A DNA stretch of 64,000 nucleotides from Chloroflexi bacterium UBA6622 (GTDB lineage Bacteria; Chloroflexota; UBA11872), in the NCBI GenBank assembly GCA_002433065.1, contig DJHK01000028.1, positions 25,764 through 89,763 of the forward strand. The letters run 5' to 3'. Within the stretch, counting starts at the first letter, position 1. Each line of letters begins with the position of its first letter. The notes beneath the pieces were generated by a model. That model was given only the letters and a program-made list of their open reading frames with translations. It was not told the DNA's origin and did not search any database. Shown piece by piece: positions 48,294-58,187 of this stretch. The translations under genes and the position numbers were made by a program.

Positions 48294-48725
48294 CTAACCG
48301 GTGGGAAGAGCTCTGGTGGCATGTTCGCTCTTGATTTCTCGACCGGTCAGACTAAAGGATTGCCCGCATCCGCATTCAGACCGTGCGCGGGGATTTTTGA
48401 TCTTGAATCCACCGTCAATCAACGAGTCGCTGAATTCGAGTGTAGATCCATGGAGCAGGTCAACACTGTCAGCATCCACTATCACAGTAACGCCATGTGC
48501 ATTAATCGATGTGTCGCCTTGGCGCGGTTCAGGTTCTATTCCCATGGCGTAGCGGAAGTCGCCACAGCCGCTGTCAGGGACTACACGCACACGTAGTACA
48601 GCATCGGGTCTATTACGCTTATCACGCATACGCTCGAATTCTGCTGCTGCTGATCGATCGACGGTCAGGATTTGAGTGTTGGCCTGCGGCAGGCTCAAAT
48701 CCACAGTCGATTCCTTGGACGTCAT
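48294..48725 (-). CDS. HesB/IscA-family iron-sulfur cluster insertion protein
   Basis: 143 aa. GCGDFRY..., FKIKNPRA and the CGCGQSF cysteine signature. An unusual ~18-aa extension follows the normally C-terminal motif. Confidence 0.85.
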   Translation of the reverse strand: MTSKESTVDLSLPQANTQILTVDRSAAAEFERMRDKRNRPDAVLRVRVVPDSGCGDFRYAMGIEPEPRQGDTSINAHGVTVIVDADSVDLLHGSTLEFSDSLIDGGFKIKNPRARSECGCGQSFSLTGREIKSEHATRALPTG

Positions 48726-48782
48726 TGCTCAGACGGCCTTTCACTGTGTGGTGGTGCTACTACCCCAATTCCTGTCACGAGC

Positions 48783-49982
48783 CTACGCAACTCCATCGAG
48801 TTTGGCCACATGTGCAACCTGTAACTTCGGTACGAGACTGCGCAGAGTGTCAATTGTTTGGTTGATTTGGGTAAGGGTGTTTCCCAGACCGGTTGTTAGT
48901 CGCAAGCTTCCTGCGGCAAGGTCTGGTGTGAGCCCCAGCGCTTGGAGCACATGGGACGGTTCTAGCGAGGCCGATGTACATGCCGAACCGCTCGACGCTG
49001 TTATGCCAGCTGCATCCAGTTGGATCAACAGGGCTTCGCTATCTACGTTTGCAAAGACCACGTTCACGTTGTTTGCGAGCCGATGGTTGCGAGGGCCGTT
49101 GAGACGGCTTCCCGGGATGGTTGTGATTCCGTCGATAAGAGCATCTCTAAGTTTGGAATTATGAGATCGGTTGCTCTCGCGGTGTTGTTCAGCGTGGCTT
49201 AGCGCTGCCGCTAGGCCTACCGCAAATGCAACGTTTTCTGTGCCTGCCCGTTGGCCCCGTTCTTGGCTGCCACCAATAATTTGAGGGGTTAGCCGAATGC
49301 CGTTGCGAACATAGAGTGCTCCTACCCCTTTTGGACCATAGAACTTGTGGGCGGCAATTGACATTAGGTCCAACCCTAGTGCTTGGACCGATATTGGAAG
49401 GAATCCCGGCGCTTGTATGGCGTCGGAATGCAGAACTGCAGGATGATCTTCGAGTTCTGCCGAGATTATTTCTAATGGTTGAATGGTGCCTATTTCGTTA
49501 TTTGCGTACATCACGCTGACGAGCGCTGTGTCGTCACGTATCGCGGCTAGTACATCAACTGGATCAACATGGCCCGAACTGTCTACATCAACAATGGTGG
49601 CTTCAAATCCGTGATGAGTTTGGAGGTGCTGGATAGTGTGAAGAACAGCGTGATGTTCAATAGCTGTGGTTATCAAATGCCGGCGATTTTCCCGGGCAGC
49701 TGCCATCGCGGTTCCTCGGATTGCGAGCGCGATACTCTCACTTCCTCCACTCGTAAAAACAATTTCCTCCGAATCAGCCTGTAACGTTTGGGCGACATTC
49801 CGGCGAGCGGTGTCTAGCGCTTCTCGGGCTGCTCGGCCTTCGGCTGATAACGAACTGGGGTTCCCAGGGAACTCACGCAACACTCGTAGGATTTCGGCTA
49901 CAACCGACGGGTGGATGGGTGTGGTCGCAGCATGATCCAAGTAGATTCGGGATGATTTCATACCTTCACCGAGTCCGTGCAA
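48783..49982 (-). CDS. cysteine desulfurase (class V aminotransferase, NifS/IscS type)
   Basis: 399 aa. PLP-lysine region SIAAHKFYGPKGVGALYV and the active-site cysteine loop SSGSACTS. The downstream IscA-like gene is on the same strand. Confidence 0.9.
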   Translation of the reverse strand: MHGLGEGMKSSRIYLDHAATTPIHPSVVAEILRVLREFPGNPSSLSAEGRAAREALDTARRNVAQTLQADSEEIVFTSGGSESIALAIRGTAMAAARENRRHLITTAIEHHAVLHTIQHLQTHHGFEATIVDVDSSGHVDPVDVLAAIRDDTALVSVMYANNEIGTIQPLEIISAELEDHPAVLHSDAIQAPGFLPISVQALGLDLMSIAAHKFYGPKGVGALYVRNGIRLTPQIIGGSQERGQRAGTENVAFAVGLAAALSHAEQHRESNRSHNSKLRDALIDGITTIPGSRLNGPRNHRLANNVNVVFANVDSEALLIQLDAAGITASSGSACTSASLEPSHVLQALGLTPDLAAGSLRLTTGLGNTLTQINQTIDTLRSLVPKLQVAHVAKLDGVA

Positions 49983-50104
49983 CGAGGCTTGTTGTTGTGT
50001 AAAAGATTACACAGAAAATCTTGGGCGAATTGGTACGTTTTCTTTGTGCAGATGAGGCAAGGGTTTTGCAAACCCTAGTATCTCCCTACGAGGCGTAACA
50101 CTGA

Positions 50105-51070
50105 GTGTCCAATACACCAGGAAATAGTCTGTCATTTTCAAATCAATGGGCTGAGCAGCTAGCAGCGTTAGATAAACGCTCCGCTAAACCGGAAACGGGT
50201 GCGGATTATGGAAGTCCGGAACGAGATCATGGTCAGATCGTGGTTGAGGATGCCCTCCGAACGTATCTTAATGACATTAATCGTGTGCCGTTGCTGACTG
50301 CTTCGCAAGAGGTGGCTCTTGCCAAACGTGTGGAGGCACACGATGAGGAGGCTCGTCGGATACTTATCGATTCAAATCTTCGTCTTGTTGTTAATGTGGC
50401 AAAGCGATATACGACGGGAGGGCTCCCTCTTCTTGATTTAATTCAGGAAGGAAATCTTGGATTGCTGCAGGCCGTTGATCGTTTCGATTGGCGTCGAGGA
50501 TTTAAATTCAGCACATATGCCACATGGTGGATTAGGCAAGCCATTACGCGCTCGTTGTCTAACGATTCTCGGACGGTTCGGCTACCAGTACACGTTGTGG
50601 AGGCACTACGAAAAATACGAAATCTAGCTCCGAAACTCACGATAGAAAACGAACGGGAGCCCACGGCAGCTGAGCTTGGCGAGGCCTTGGGCATGGCGGC
50701 AGATAGAGTCGTCGAGATAGTTCGGGCGGGTCGAACACCGGCGTCTCTAGAGCAACCCGTCGGCGAGGATGGTGGTGACTCGTTGGCTGATTTTGTGGAA
50801 GATCCGGATCCGGTATCTTCGGATGATGTCCTTTTCTCGAAGAAGCTACGTGATGATCTGGATCGGGCATTGCAGGTTTTAAGTGATCGAGAGCGGCTGA
50901 TACTGGTTCGTCGGTTTGGTCTTGATAATTGCGATCCGTGGACGCTCGATGAGATTGGTGCATATTTCGGACTCACCCGAGAACGCATCCGGCAACTACA
51001 GCTCGAAGCTCTTCGCAAGCTAAAACGGTCTAGTTCTGCGCAAGTTCTTCGGGACTATTTATGTGCTTAG
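50105..51070 (+). CDS. RpoD-family (group 1/2) RNA polymerase sigma factor
   Basis: 321 aa, GTG start. Region 1.2 ([22 protein letters not shown]), region 2 ([33 protein letters not shown]), region 4.2 ([28 protein letters not shown]). Confidence 0.9.
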   Translation: MSNTPGNSLSFSNQWAEQLAALDKRSAKPETGADYGSPERDHGQIVVEDALRTYLNDINRVPLLTASQEVALAKRVEAHDEEARRILIDSNLRLVVNVAKRYTTGGLPLLDLIQEGNLGLLQAVDRFDWRRGFKFSTYATWWIRQAITRSLSNDSRTVRLPVHVVEALRKIRNLAPKLTIENEREPTAAELGEALGMAADRVVEIVRAGRTPASLEQPVGEDGGDSLADFVEDPDPVSSDDVLFSKKLRDDLDRALQVLSDRERLILVRRFGLDNCDPWTLDEIGAYFGLTRERIRQLQLEALRKLKRSSSAQVLRDYLCA

Positions 51071-51088
51071 GCGGTGAAGGCTTGCTGA

Positions 51089-52165
51089 TTAGCTGAGTTC
51101 GAGCATACGGTCGATCGATACCCGTGCTCGGATCCGAACTTCTTCTGGCACCTCAATCTGCTCTCTATCTTCACGTAGAGCTGTCAGCACATGCTCGAGT
51201 GTGATCTCGTTCATATGTGGGCATCGCACAGAACATAATCGGAGCATGTCTTTTTCTGGCGCTTCAGCGGCAATGTTGTCTCCCATGCTGCACTCAGTGA
51301 GCAAGAGGTATTGGTTGGCGCCGCTGTCACGTATGTAGTCAGACATTGCAGATGTAGAGCCTGAGAAATCTGCGGCATCAACGACGGCCGGGCTACATTC
51401 TGGATGTGCTAGGACCACAACCTCAGGAAACTGGTGGCGCACAGACAAGATGTCATCGACCGTGAATTTTTCGTGTACCTCACAACGACCGGTCCATCCA
51501 ACAACGTCGTAATGCATGCCGTCGCTGGCTGCAGAATCTCTGGTGCTCCCAGTCACGGGCCCTGAACTTGGGAAAATGATCGACTTACCCGTCTCTCGGG
51601 CTACATTTTGTGCCAAGTATTCGTCAGGGAGAAATATGATCTGATCGGCGTCAAGTGCGTTCACGATTCTGGCGGCGTTTCCCGATGTGCAGCAGATGTC
51701 CGCTTCAGCTTTTACGTCCGCATATGTGTTGATGTATGCGACTACAGGGGCTCCTGGATATTTTTCCCTAAGGTTTCGAACATCTGCAGCGCTTATAGAT
51801 TCGGCTAGCGAGCAGCCGGCGCGACGTGCAGGAAGTAACACCGTTCGCTCCGGGTTAAGGATTTTGGCAGTCTCGGCCATGAAGCGGACGCCACAAAAGA
51901 TGATCGGGTCAGCCTCGGTTTGAGCAGCCACTCGACTCAGCTCCAACGAGTCTCCAGTAAAGTCACAGACTGAGTGAAAGAGTGCTGGCTCCATGTAGTT
52001 GTGACCAAGAATGACGGCACCACGTTCTGCTTTGATCTGATTCACGGAATATGCGAGCTCGGCTTTTAAGTCGAGTTCGGCTTCGGGCACGATGCCGCGA
52101 AGCTTAGCGTGAAGATCAGCTCGCGTAGCCTCAAGTGTTGCTGTTGAGCCCTGACTTATCGTCAT
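51089..52165 (-). CDS. nadA: quinolinate synthase
   Basis: 358 aa. ILGHNYM, FMAETAKIL, AYINTYADVKAEADICCTSGNA, VLAHPEC, and the C-terminal cluster Cys CPHM. Classic NadA three-repeat layout. Confidence 0.9.
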   Translation of the reverse strand: MTISQGSTATLEATRADLHAKLRGIVPEAELDLKAELAYSVNQIKAERGAVILGHNYMEPALFHSVCDFTGDSLELSRVAAQTEADPIIFCGVRFMAETAKILNPERTVLLPARRAGCSLAESISAADVRNLREKYPGAPVVAYINTYADVKAEADICCTSGNAARIVNALDADQIIFLPDEYLAQNVARETGKSIIFPSSGPVTGSTRDSAASDGMHYDVVGWTGRCEVHEKFTVDDILSVRHQFPEVVVLAHPECSPAVVDAADFSGSTSAMSDYIRDSGANQYLLLTECSMGDNIAAEAPEKDMLRLCSVRCPHMNEITLEHVLTALREDREQIEVPEEVRIRARVSIDRMLELS

Positions 52166-52329
52166 TGTTCGTGTGCGCCGAGAGACTCGTTCCGAACTAA
52201 CCGCCCAGGTCGATTCGGCCTGACGTTAGCGTTGGAGGGAGGAGTCTCGAAACGACAGGTTTACCAGAAGATTGTTAGGGATTCTCGCATATGCAGACCC
52301 AAAGTAAGCAAGCCAAACCACAAACTAAT

Positions 52330-53463
52330 TTACTTAAAGAGGCGAAGCAGTTCGAAATATGAGGGATGTAGTGCTCGTGTTTTTCCTGCAATGAGTGTAA
52401 GTGGTACTGGTTCAACCAATGATCCGTGTAGCGCGGTCATCTGGCCATGTGTTTTTCCGTCCAAAAAATCAACCGCAGCTAGCCCCAGTCGTGTGCCAAG
52501 AACCCTATCGAAGGTTGTCGGAGATCCGCCTCGTTGTAGATGGCCAAGAACACTAGCTCGGGCTTCATATCCCGTCTCGTTTTCAAGTGTGCGGGCCAAC
52601 GTTTCTCCCACACTGCGCGTCGATAGAATCACGTGACCGAATTCATCCCCCTCTTGCACTTCGGCACTTTCAAGGTTCAGGCCGTCTATAGTCGCACCCT
52701 CGGCAACCACGATGATGCTGTAGGATTGTCCGGCTTCATAGCGACTTCGTACGTGTTGTACAAAATCATCAAGTGATGTTTTGACTTCCGGTACAGCAAT
52801 GAAGTCACTGCCACCGGCGATACCACCTGCCGCGGCCAACCAGCCTGCCTGACGTCCCATGGTTTCAACGACTGTTATTCGGTGATGGGACATGGAGGTG
52901 GTACGAAGCCGTTCGATCGAAATTGAAATGGTCTCTGCAGCAGTGTCGTAGCCGATGCAGGCATCGGTTTCAGGGACATCGTTGTCAATGGTCTTGGGCA
53001 CGCCGACAATCGGGAATCCGTCTCCCGCTAGTGCTCCGGCTACCGAAAGTGTGTCGTCGCCTCCAATTGCTATAAGTCCATCTAGCCCGATATCACCAAA
53101 TATTGATGTCGCTTTGGCGTAATCCTCCCGGGTTCGAGTGGGATTTGTGCGTGAACTGCCCAGCAGTGTGCCTCCGACATCAAAGAAACGATCGGTGTTT
53201 TCGATTGTTAGGGTGGACGTTTCTTGGGCTAGAACGCCTGCCCATCCGTTTCGGATGCCGATGACGGTCCAGTCTCTTTCGATAGCGCTTCTTGTGACTG
53301 CACGTATAGCGTTATTCAATCCGGGACAGTCGCCCCCGCCGGTTAGAACTCCAATTTTCACTTTGATCACGTTTGGGATTAGACACTTATACGATAACCC
53401 GTTCAGCGCTGGTTGATGCGGTAGTTCCTTACAGTAGCGGTCGTCGATGGATGTAAAGGGCAT
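52330..53463 (-). CDS. pfkA: 6-phosphofructokinase, PfkA family, with PPi-type residue signature
   Basis: KIGVLTGGGDCPGLNNAIRAV, IGGDDTL, VPKTIDNDV, VETMGRQAGWLA, LGHLQRGGSP. The real start is probably one of the GTG codons at 53370 or 53361 (VIKVKIGVL). The track ATG adds ~31 non-homologous residues. Confidence 0.9.
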   Translation of the reverse strand: MPFTSIDDRYCKELPHQPALNGLSYKCLIPNVIKVKIGVLTGGGDCPGLNNAIRAVTRSAIERDWTVIGIRNGWAGVLAQETSTLTIENTDRFFDVGGTLLGSSRTNPTRTREDYAKATSIFGDIGLDGLIAIGGDDTLSVAGALAGDGFPIVGVPKTIDNDVPETDACIGYDTAAETISISIERLRTTSMSHHRITVVETMGRQAGWLAAAGGIAGGSDFIAVPEVKTSLDDFVQHVRSRYEAGQSYSIIVVAEGATIDGLNLESAEVQEGDEFGHVILSTRSVGETLARTLENETGYEARASVLGHLQRGGSPTTFDRVLGTRLGLAAVDFLDGKTHGQMTALHGSLVEPVPLTLIAGKTRALHPSYFELLRLFK

Positions 53464-53507
53464 TAGCTGGATACGATAGTTTTGTTTTTCTGGTTGTTGG
53501 AGGTTTT

Positions 53508-54104
53508 GTGATGGACGTTTATACGGCGATTCATGGCCGCCGGAGTGTCAGCACGCTCGCCGAAGACGTGCCGCCGCGAACTGTGATTGAGCGTTTGATA
53601 AATGCTGCTGTGTGGGCGCCGAACCACCATCTCACTGAGCCGTGGCGGTTTCACGTGCTGTGTGGAGCTGCGCGATCCGAGATGGGAGCAGCTGTGGCTG
53701 ACCGGCTTGAAGAGGAGTTAGATCCTGCTGACCCAGCTACATCTGGGGCAATACGTTCGGCCCGCAGTCGTCTTTCACGTGCTCCAGTTGTTGTTGTGGT
53801 AAGCCAGAATGGGTCTGATGATCCTATGGTTAATCTTGAGGATTACGCGGCCGTGTGTTGTGCCACACAAAACTTAATGCTTGCGGCACATGCCGAAGGT
53901 CTGGCTACTAAATGGCGTACTGGTGATATGTGTGACTATCGGGCATCTAAAGAGTTCCTTGGTCTTTCCGAGGCCGACCGTATTGTGGGGTATGTATATG
54001 TGGGATATCCGGCGGCACATCTTTCTTCTGATGACCGGGAACGAAAGTCTCCAGAAGTCGGATGGCTCGGGTGGGATGATCCTTCCGATTCGGTCTCGGT
54101 CTGA
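53508..54104 (+). CDS. nitroreductase-family protein
   Basis: 198 aa. Contains IHGRRSV and the APNHHLTEPWRF motif. Confidence 0.85.
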   Translation: MMDVYTAIHGRRSVSTLAEDVPPRTVIERLINAAVWAPNHHLTEPWRFHVLCGAARSEMGAAVADRLEEELDPADPATSGAIRSARSRLSRAPVVVVVSQNGSDDPMVNLEDYAAVCCATQNLMLAAHAEGLATKWRTGDMCDYRASKEFLGLSEADRIVGYVYVGYPAAHLSSDDRERKSPEVGWLGWDDPSDSVSV

Positions 54105-54107
54105 GGC

Positions 54108-55556
54108 TTGAGTGAGAATTTAAATATGGCGGGACACAGCCAGGAACTTGCGCAACTTTCGTTGATTGAAGTTGGTAAGCGCATTGCGGATAGCGAAATA
54201 AGTCCGGTTGAAGTGACTCGTAATGCTCTTGATCGTCTTGAAATGTATGGAAGTGCACTAGGGGCCACAACTCAGATTCTTGCTGATGAGGCGATTTCGT
54301 CGGCTCGAAGGGCTGAGCGTGAGATTGGTGGTGGGGATTATCGAGGACCGTTGCATGGTGTTCCCATAGGTATTAAAGATTTGGCAGACGTCGAAGGTGC
54401 GATAACGACCGCGGGTTCTGACGTTTTTGGTAACCGTCCGGCATCGAGTGATGCGTCGCTGGTGCAGTTGCTCAAGAAAGCGGGAGCGGTAATTGTCTGC
54501 AAGTTGAATTGTGATGAGTTTGCTTATCATCCAACGGGCGCGACTTCTCGACATGGACCATCACGGAACCCATGGAATCTCGACATTGTTTCAGGAGGGT
54601 CGAGTGGAGGCACGGGTGCAGCTGTTGCGGCCGGTCTTATTTACGCAGGCCTTGGAACTGACACTGGTGGGTCAATTCGACTGCCTTCAGCACTCTGCGG
54701 CCTCGTCGGGATAAAACCCACATATGGTCGCGTAAGCCTGCACGGTGTTCGACTACTTAGTCCAAGTTTTGATACGCCGGGACCAATGGCTCGAACGACC
54801 ATGGATGCGGCGGTCATGTTGCGGGCAATGGCTGATCCACTGACAGAAGAGATGGTAGGAGAAGCTAATCGAATGGTTCATATCGCCAGTGAGATCGACG
54901 CTGGTCTGGAGGGTATTCGGATCGGTGTGCCTTCGAATTACTTCTTCGACGCATTAGAACCAGAGATTTCATCAATTGTTCAAAACGCAATTGATGCACT
55001 TGTGATGCTGGGTGCGGAGCAGGTTCAAGTTGAACTGGAGTCTGTGGATCGTCTGGCTGCTGCCCAACTCGGGATTCTGACTCTTGAGGCTTATCAAAAT
55101 GTGATGGCAGCGACTGATGGTGATATCACGCGGGTGAATTCAACGCTTCGTGCTCGCTTGAAGGATGGAATGGATGCGTCCATGCGGTCAGGAGAGGATT
55201 TGCTTGTAGCCCTCGGAAGGCTTCGAGCCGAGCGTGATGACGCATTGGCCGGATACAGGCGAGCTACCGGGAATGTTGATGTGCTTGTTGCGCCGGTGCT
55301 GCAACGTTCGCCGCCCACGGTTGAGGCAGCACGGACTGATTATCAGTGGATGCCAAATTTGACTCGACCCTTTAATGCATCCCATCAACCCGTGATTTCG
55401 GTTCCTTGTGGATGGACTAAAGTCGGTCTTCCTGTCGGGCTCCAAATTGTTGCGCCGAAGTACCGAGAACGTACGGCCATTCGTGTGGCTTATACGTATG
55501 AACAATCCCAGCACGCGCCTGAGCGGCGCTGGCCAAGCGTGCCAGTAGAAGTCTAA
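54108..55556 (+). CDS. amidase (amidase-signature family)
   Basis: 482 aa. The start is TTG at 54108 or ATG at 54126. AS signature GGSSGGTGAAVAAGLIYAGLGTDTGGSIRLPSALCGLVGIKPT. Begins 3 nt after the nitroreductase stop. Confidence 0.9.
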   Translation: MSENLNMAGHSQELAQLSLIEVGKRIADSEISPVEVTRNALDRLEMYGSALGATTQILADEAISSARRAEREIGGGDYRGPLHGVPIGIKDLADVEGAITTAGSDVFGNRPASSDASLVQLLKKAGAVIVCKLNCDEFAYHPTGATSRHGPSRNPWNLDIVSGGSSGGTGAAVAAGLIYAGLGTDTGGSIRLPSALCGLVGIKPTYGRVSLHGVRLLSPSFDTPGPMARTTMDAAVMLRAMADPLTEEMVGEANRMVHIASEIDAGLEGIRIGVPSNYFFDALEPEISSIVQNAIDALVMLGAEQVQVELESVDRLAAAQLGILTLEAYQNVMAATDGDITRVNSTLRARLKDGMDASMRSGEDLLVALGRLRAERDDALAGYRRATGNVDVLVAPVLQRSPPTVEAARTDYQWMPNLTRPFNASHQPVISVPCGWTKVGLPVGLQIVAPKYRERTAIRVAYTYEQSQHAPERRWPSVPVEV

Positions 55557-55582
55557 GCGCGTCTGTGGAATCGATATAGGTA

Positions 55583-56593
55583 CTAGGAGGTGCTTACGGA
55601 TCCAGATGACGAGGTCGATACAACCATGTCGAGTGCATGTGTTACGTCATGCCACCCAAGCTCATCGGCTCGTGACCTAACTTCGGCCTTGAAAGGCAGA
55701 CTCAACAAAGGACCCTGGTGCTCAACTTTCAAGCCAGCAACCACGGTGCCAAGTCGAGCGCAGGTAGATGGTTCTTGGTCGAGTATGACGCCAGCGGCAA
55801 ATCCTCCAGCGAAGGCATCACCAGCCCCTTGAAGGCCTTCGAGGCACCGCGCGATTGGCTTAACTCCGAACGATCCATCTTTCCAGGCCACGTATGCGCC
55901 CCGTTCGGCTAAGGATATGGCCGCGATGTTTGCGCCTAATTCAAGCGCTCGATCGGCGAGGTCGGCCGGATCGTCAGGACCGAAGATAGTTGTTCCTTCT
56001 TCGCCACCAGCGAAAAATATGTCCGTGAGCGGGATGACCTGTTCGGCTGCTTCCCGTGCAGCGTCGGGTGCCCATAGTCGGGCTCGGTAGTTAAGATCAA
56101 ACGACACTGGTTTTTGGTGTTCTCGGCCTCGCTCAGCAAGCCGATGTGTTGCTGAGCGAGAGGAATCGGATATTGCCTGTGAAATGCCACTTATGTGCAC
56201 CATGCTGGCTGCGTCCAGGTTAATACTGTCGATGTCTTTACGACTGATGGTTGAGGCGGCGCTGCCTTTACGGTAGTACCACGTTTCATAGCTTCCCAAA
56301 TCGCCGTACTCGCTGACATAAACTCCGGTTGGCCCGCCCCCACGCTTGACGTGTGTAAGGTTGACATCGAGTTTTGACCACTCCTCCATCAGGTAGTCGC
56401 CGAAAGGGTCCTCACCAAGACGTGTAACGATCGCACTTGGCAATCCCAGCCTTCGTACGGCGACCGCTATATTAAGGACGTCTCCGGAATACGTTCGTTC
56501 GAGGTTCGTAGCCTTTGCAAGCGGCGAACGTCCCCACAATTCGATCATCACTTCCCCGAGGCTAAGGAACTCTGACGTTGGATTAGGATGCAT
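55583..56593 (-). CDS. PfkB-family sugar kinase (2-keto-3-deoxygluconate kinase-like)
   Basis: 336 aa. SLGEVMIEL start pattern and the C-terminal GAGDAFAGGFAAG motif. Confidence 0.8.
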   Translation of the reverse strand: MHPNPTSEFLSLGEVMIELWGRSPLAKATNLERTYSGDVLNIAVAVRRLGLPSAIVTRLGEDPFGDYLMEEWSKLDVNLTHVKRGGGPTGVYVSEYGDLGSYETWYYRKGSAASTISRKDIDSINLDAASMVHISGISQAISDSSRSATHRLAERGREHQKPVSFDLNYRARLWAPDAAREAAEQVIPLTDIFFAGGEEGTTIFGPDDPADLADRALELGANIAAISLAERGAYVAWKDGSFGVKPIARCLEGLQGAGDAFAGGFAAGVILDQEPSTCARLGTVVAGLKVEHQGPLLSLPFKAEVRSRADELGWHDVTHALDMVVSTSSSGSVSTS

Positions 56594-56598
56594 GCTGG

Positions 56599-57102
56599 TT
56601 ACATCCGTATCCCTACGCTTCGTGCGACCCGTCGCATATTTAACATCGCACCAGTCTGTTTAGCTTGGGAACGTGTGACGGCGCGCTGGAAGTCACGGTT
56701 AGCCGAGACCACATCTCCGGCTTCGATCAGCACGATCACTTTGTCGACTGCCGTAACAAGGTCGTGGAGGCCTTCGACGAAGTCCGCATGATGGCGACGG
56801 ATTCCAGCAGGTGGTTTTATCTTTTCAAGCTCGAGGAGCAGTCTAGTGTTGGACGCGTGCAACTTGCGGTAAAGATTCAGGTAGGCGACCGGATCTGGAC
56901 TGCCGCTTTCCGTAAGGGCTGCGAACTGTGAGCCTATGTCTCGGTCTTCAGGTGCCGTCGTATTTCTTATATCGCTGAGCGTGGACACGTATGCGGCTAC
57001 TTCCGATTGCTCAATGGTTTCACAGCCTCCAAGCAGGGGGCCGCCCACTAGTCCCCAGCTGGCTGCGAGTAAAGGTCGTCTTCCGATAGTGGCTACGAAC
57101 AA
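56599..57102 (-). CDS. hypothetical lipoprotein
   Basis: 167 aa. Leader ending in the LLGGC lipobox, then an all-helical-looking body. No recognisable family. Tightly packed between glpX and the kinase gene. Confidence 0.5.
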   Translation of the reverse strand: MFVATIGRRPLLAASWGLVGGPLLGGCETIEQSEVAAYVSTLSDIRNTTAPEDRDIGSQFAALTESGSPDPVAYLNLYRKLHASNTRLLLELEKIKPPAGIRRHHADFVEGLHDLVTAVDKVIVLIEAGDVVSANRDFQRAVTRSQAKQTGAMLNMRRVARSVGIRM

Positions 57103-57114
57103 AGCTCCTGTTAT

Positions 57115-58125
57115 TTAGGGTGTGAGCCGTATGGGTCCGACATGGTCTCTATCAAAGATGCGCATTGTGTCCACGAAGCGAATAGTATTTGCCTCCAAGT
57201 CCATCACGAGCGAATGGGTTCGTCCTCCGCCACCAAAGAATCTGACACCTCGGAGGAGTTCACCGTCGGTCACGCCTGTCATGCTGAACGAGATCATTTT
57301 TCCAGATGCGAGGTCGCTTGTGGTGAGAATTCGTGTCTTGTAATCACTGATCCCCATCGCTTGAAGACGGTTGATTTCCTCATAGTTACGTGGCTGGAAT
57401 CGTGCCTGGATCTCTCCACCAAGACACCGAAGGGCAGCTGCAGCAAGTACACCCTCAGGTGCTCCACCAGTGCCCATAACTACATGGTCAGCTGTGCCGG
57501 CAACGGCCACAGAAACAGCAGCAACAACGTCGCCATCTCCTATTAGCTTAATTCGGGCACCGGCTTCTCGGATGTCTGTGATTAGTTCACGGTGACGTTC
57601 TCGGTCAAGAACAATGACCGTAAGGTCTGAGATCTGACGGTTTAATGAGTCAGCAATAATTTGGAGGTTTGCGTCAACTGGAAAATCCAGATTGATTCTG
57701 CCAGCGGCCGGTGGTCCAACGATTAGTTTTTCGAGATACGTGTCTGGTGCGTGCAGCAAGCCGCCCGGTTCTGAAATTGCCATTACTGCGACAGCATTTG
57801 ATCGACCGGTGGCGACTAAATCAGTCCCTTCCAGAGGGTCAACCGCAATGTCCACTCGATGGCCTGATGGATCACCGACGTCCTCACCGATATATAGCAT
57901 CGGGGCAGAATCCCGCTCGCCTTCCCCGATCACTATTCGGCCTGATAAATGAACCTCTTCGAGCGCGATCCGCATCGCTTCAACGGCTAAGGCATCTGCA
58001 CGTGTTCCATCGCCATGACCCATCGCTCGGGCGCTTGCGAATGCTGCTGCCTCAGTTACGCGTACAAGGGCTTCCGACGGTGTTGTTACCGCGGTGGTGG
58101 AGCTGTTTGCATGTGTGGTGACCAA
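57115..58125 (-). CDS. glpX: class II fructose-1,6-bisphosphatase
   Basis: 336 aa. VTEAAA.ASAR.MG.GD, GEGERDSAPMLYIGE, DIAVDPLEGT and TGGAPEGVLAAAALRCLGG are GlpX hallmarks. Confidence 0.9.
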   Translation of the reverse strand: MVTTHANSSTTAVTTPSEALVRVTEAAAFASARAMGHGDGTRADALAVEAMRIALEEVHLSGRIVIGEGERDSAPMLYIGEDVGDPSGHRVDIAVDPLEGTDLVATGRSNAVAVMAISEPGGLLHAPDTYLEKLIVGPPAAGRINLDFPVDANLQIIADSLNRQISDLTVIVLDRERHRELITDIREAGARIKLIGDGDVVAAVSVAVAGTADHVVMGTGGAPEGVLAAAALRCLGGEIQARFQPRNYEEINRLQAMGISDYKTRILTTSDLASGKMISFSMTGVTDGELLRGVRFFGGGGRTHSLVMDLEANTIRFVDTMRIFDRDHVGPIRLTP

Positions 58126-58187
58126 TTAAAGTGGTTCCTGAATACTTTGTTGCTGGCTAGCTTAAGGAATTTTCCCGCATCGATGTG

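Noticed and set aside
48163-48297. 44-codon acidic ORF in the gap after the glycosyltransferase
   Set aside because: It has no ribosome-binding site, it overlaps the IscA stop on the other strand, and it has no recognisable motif.
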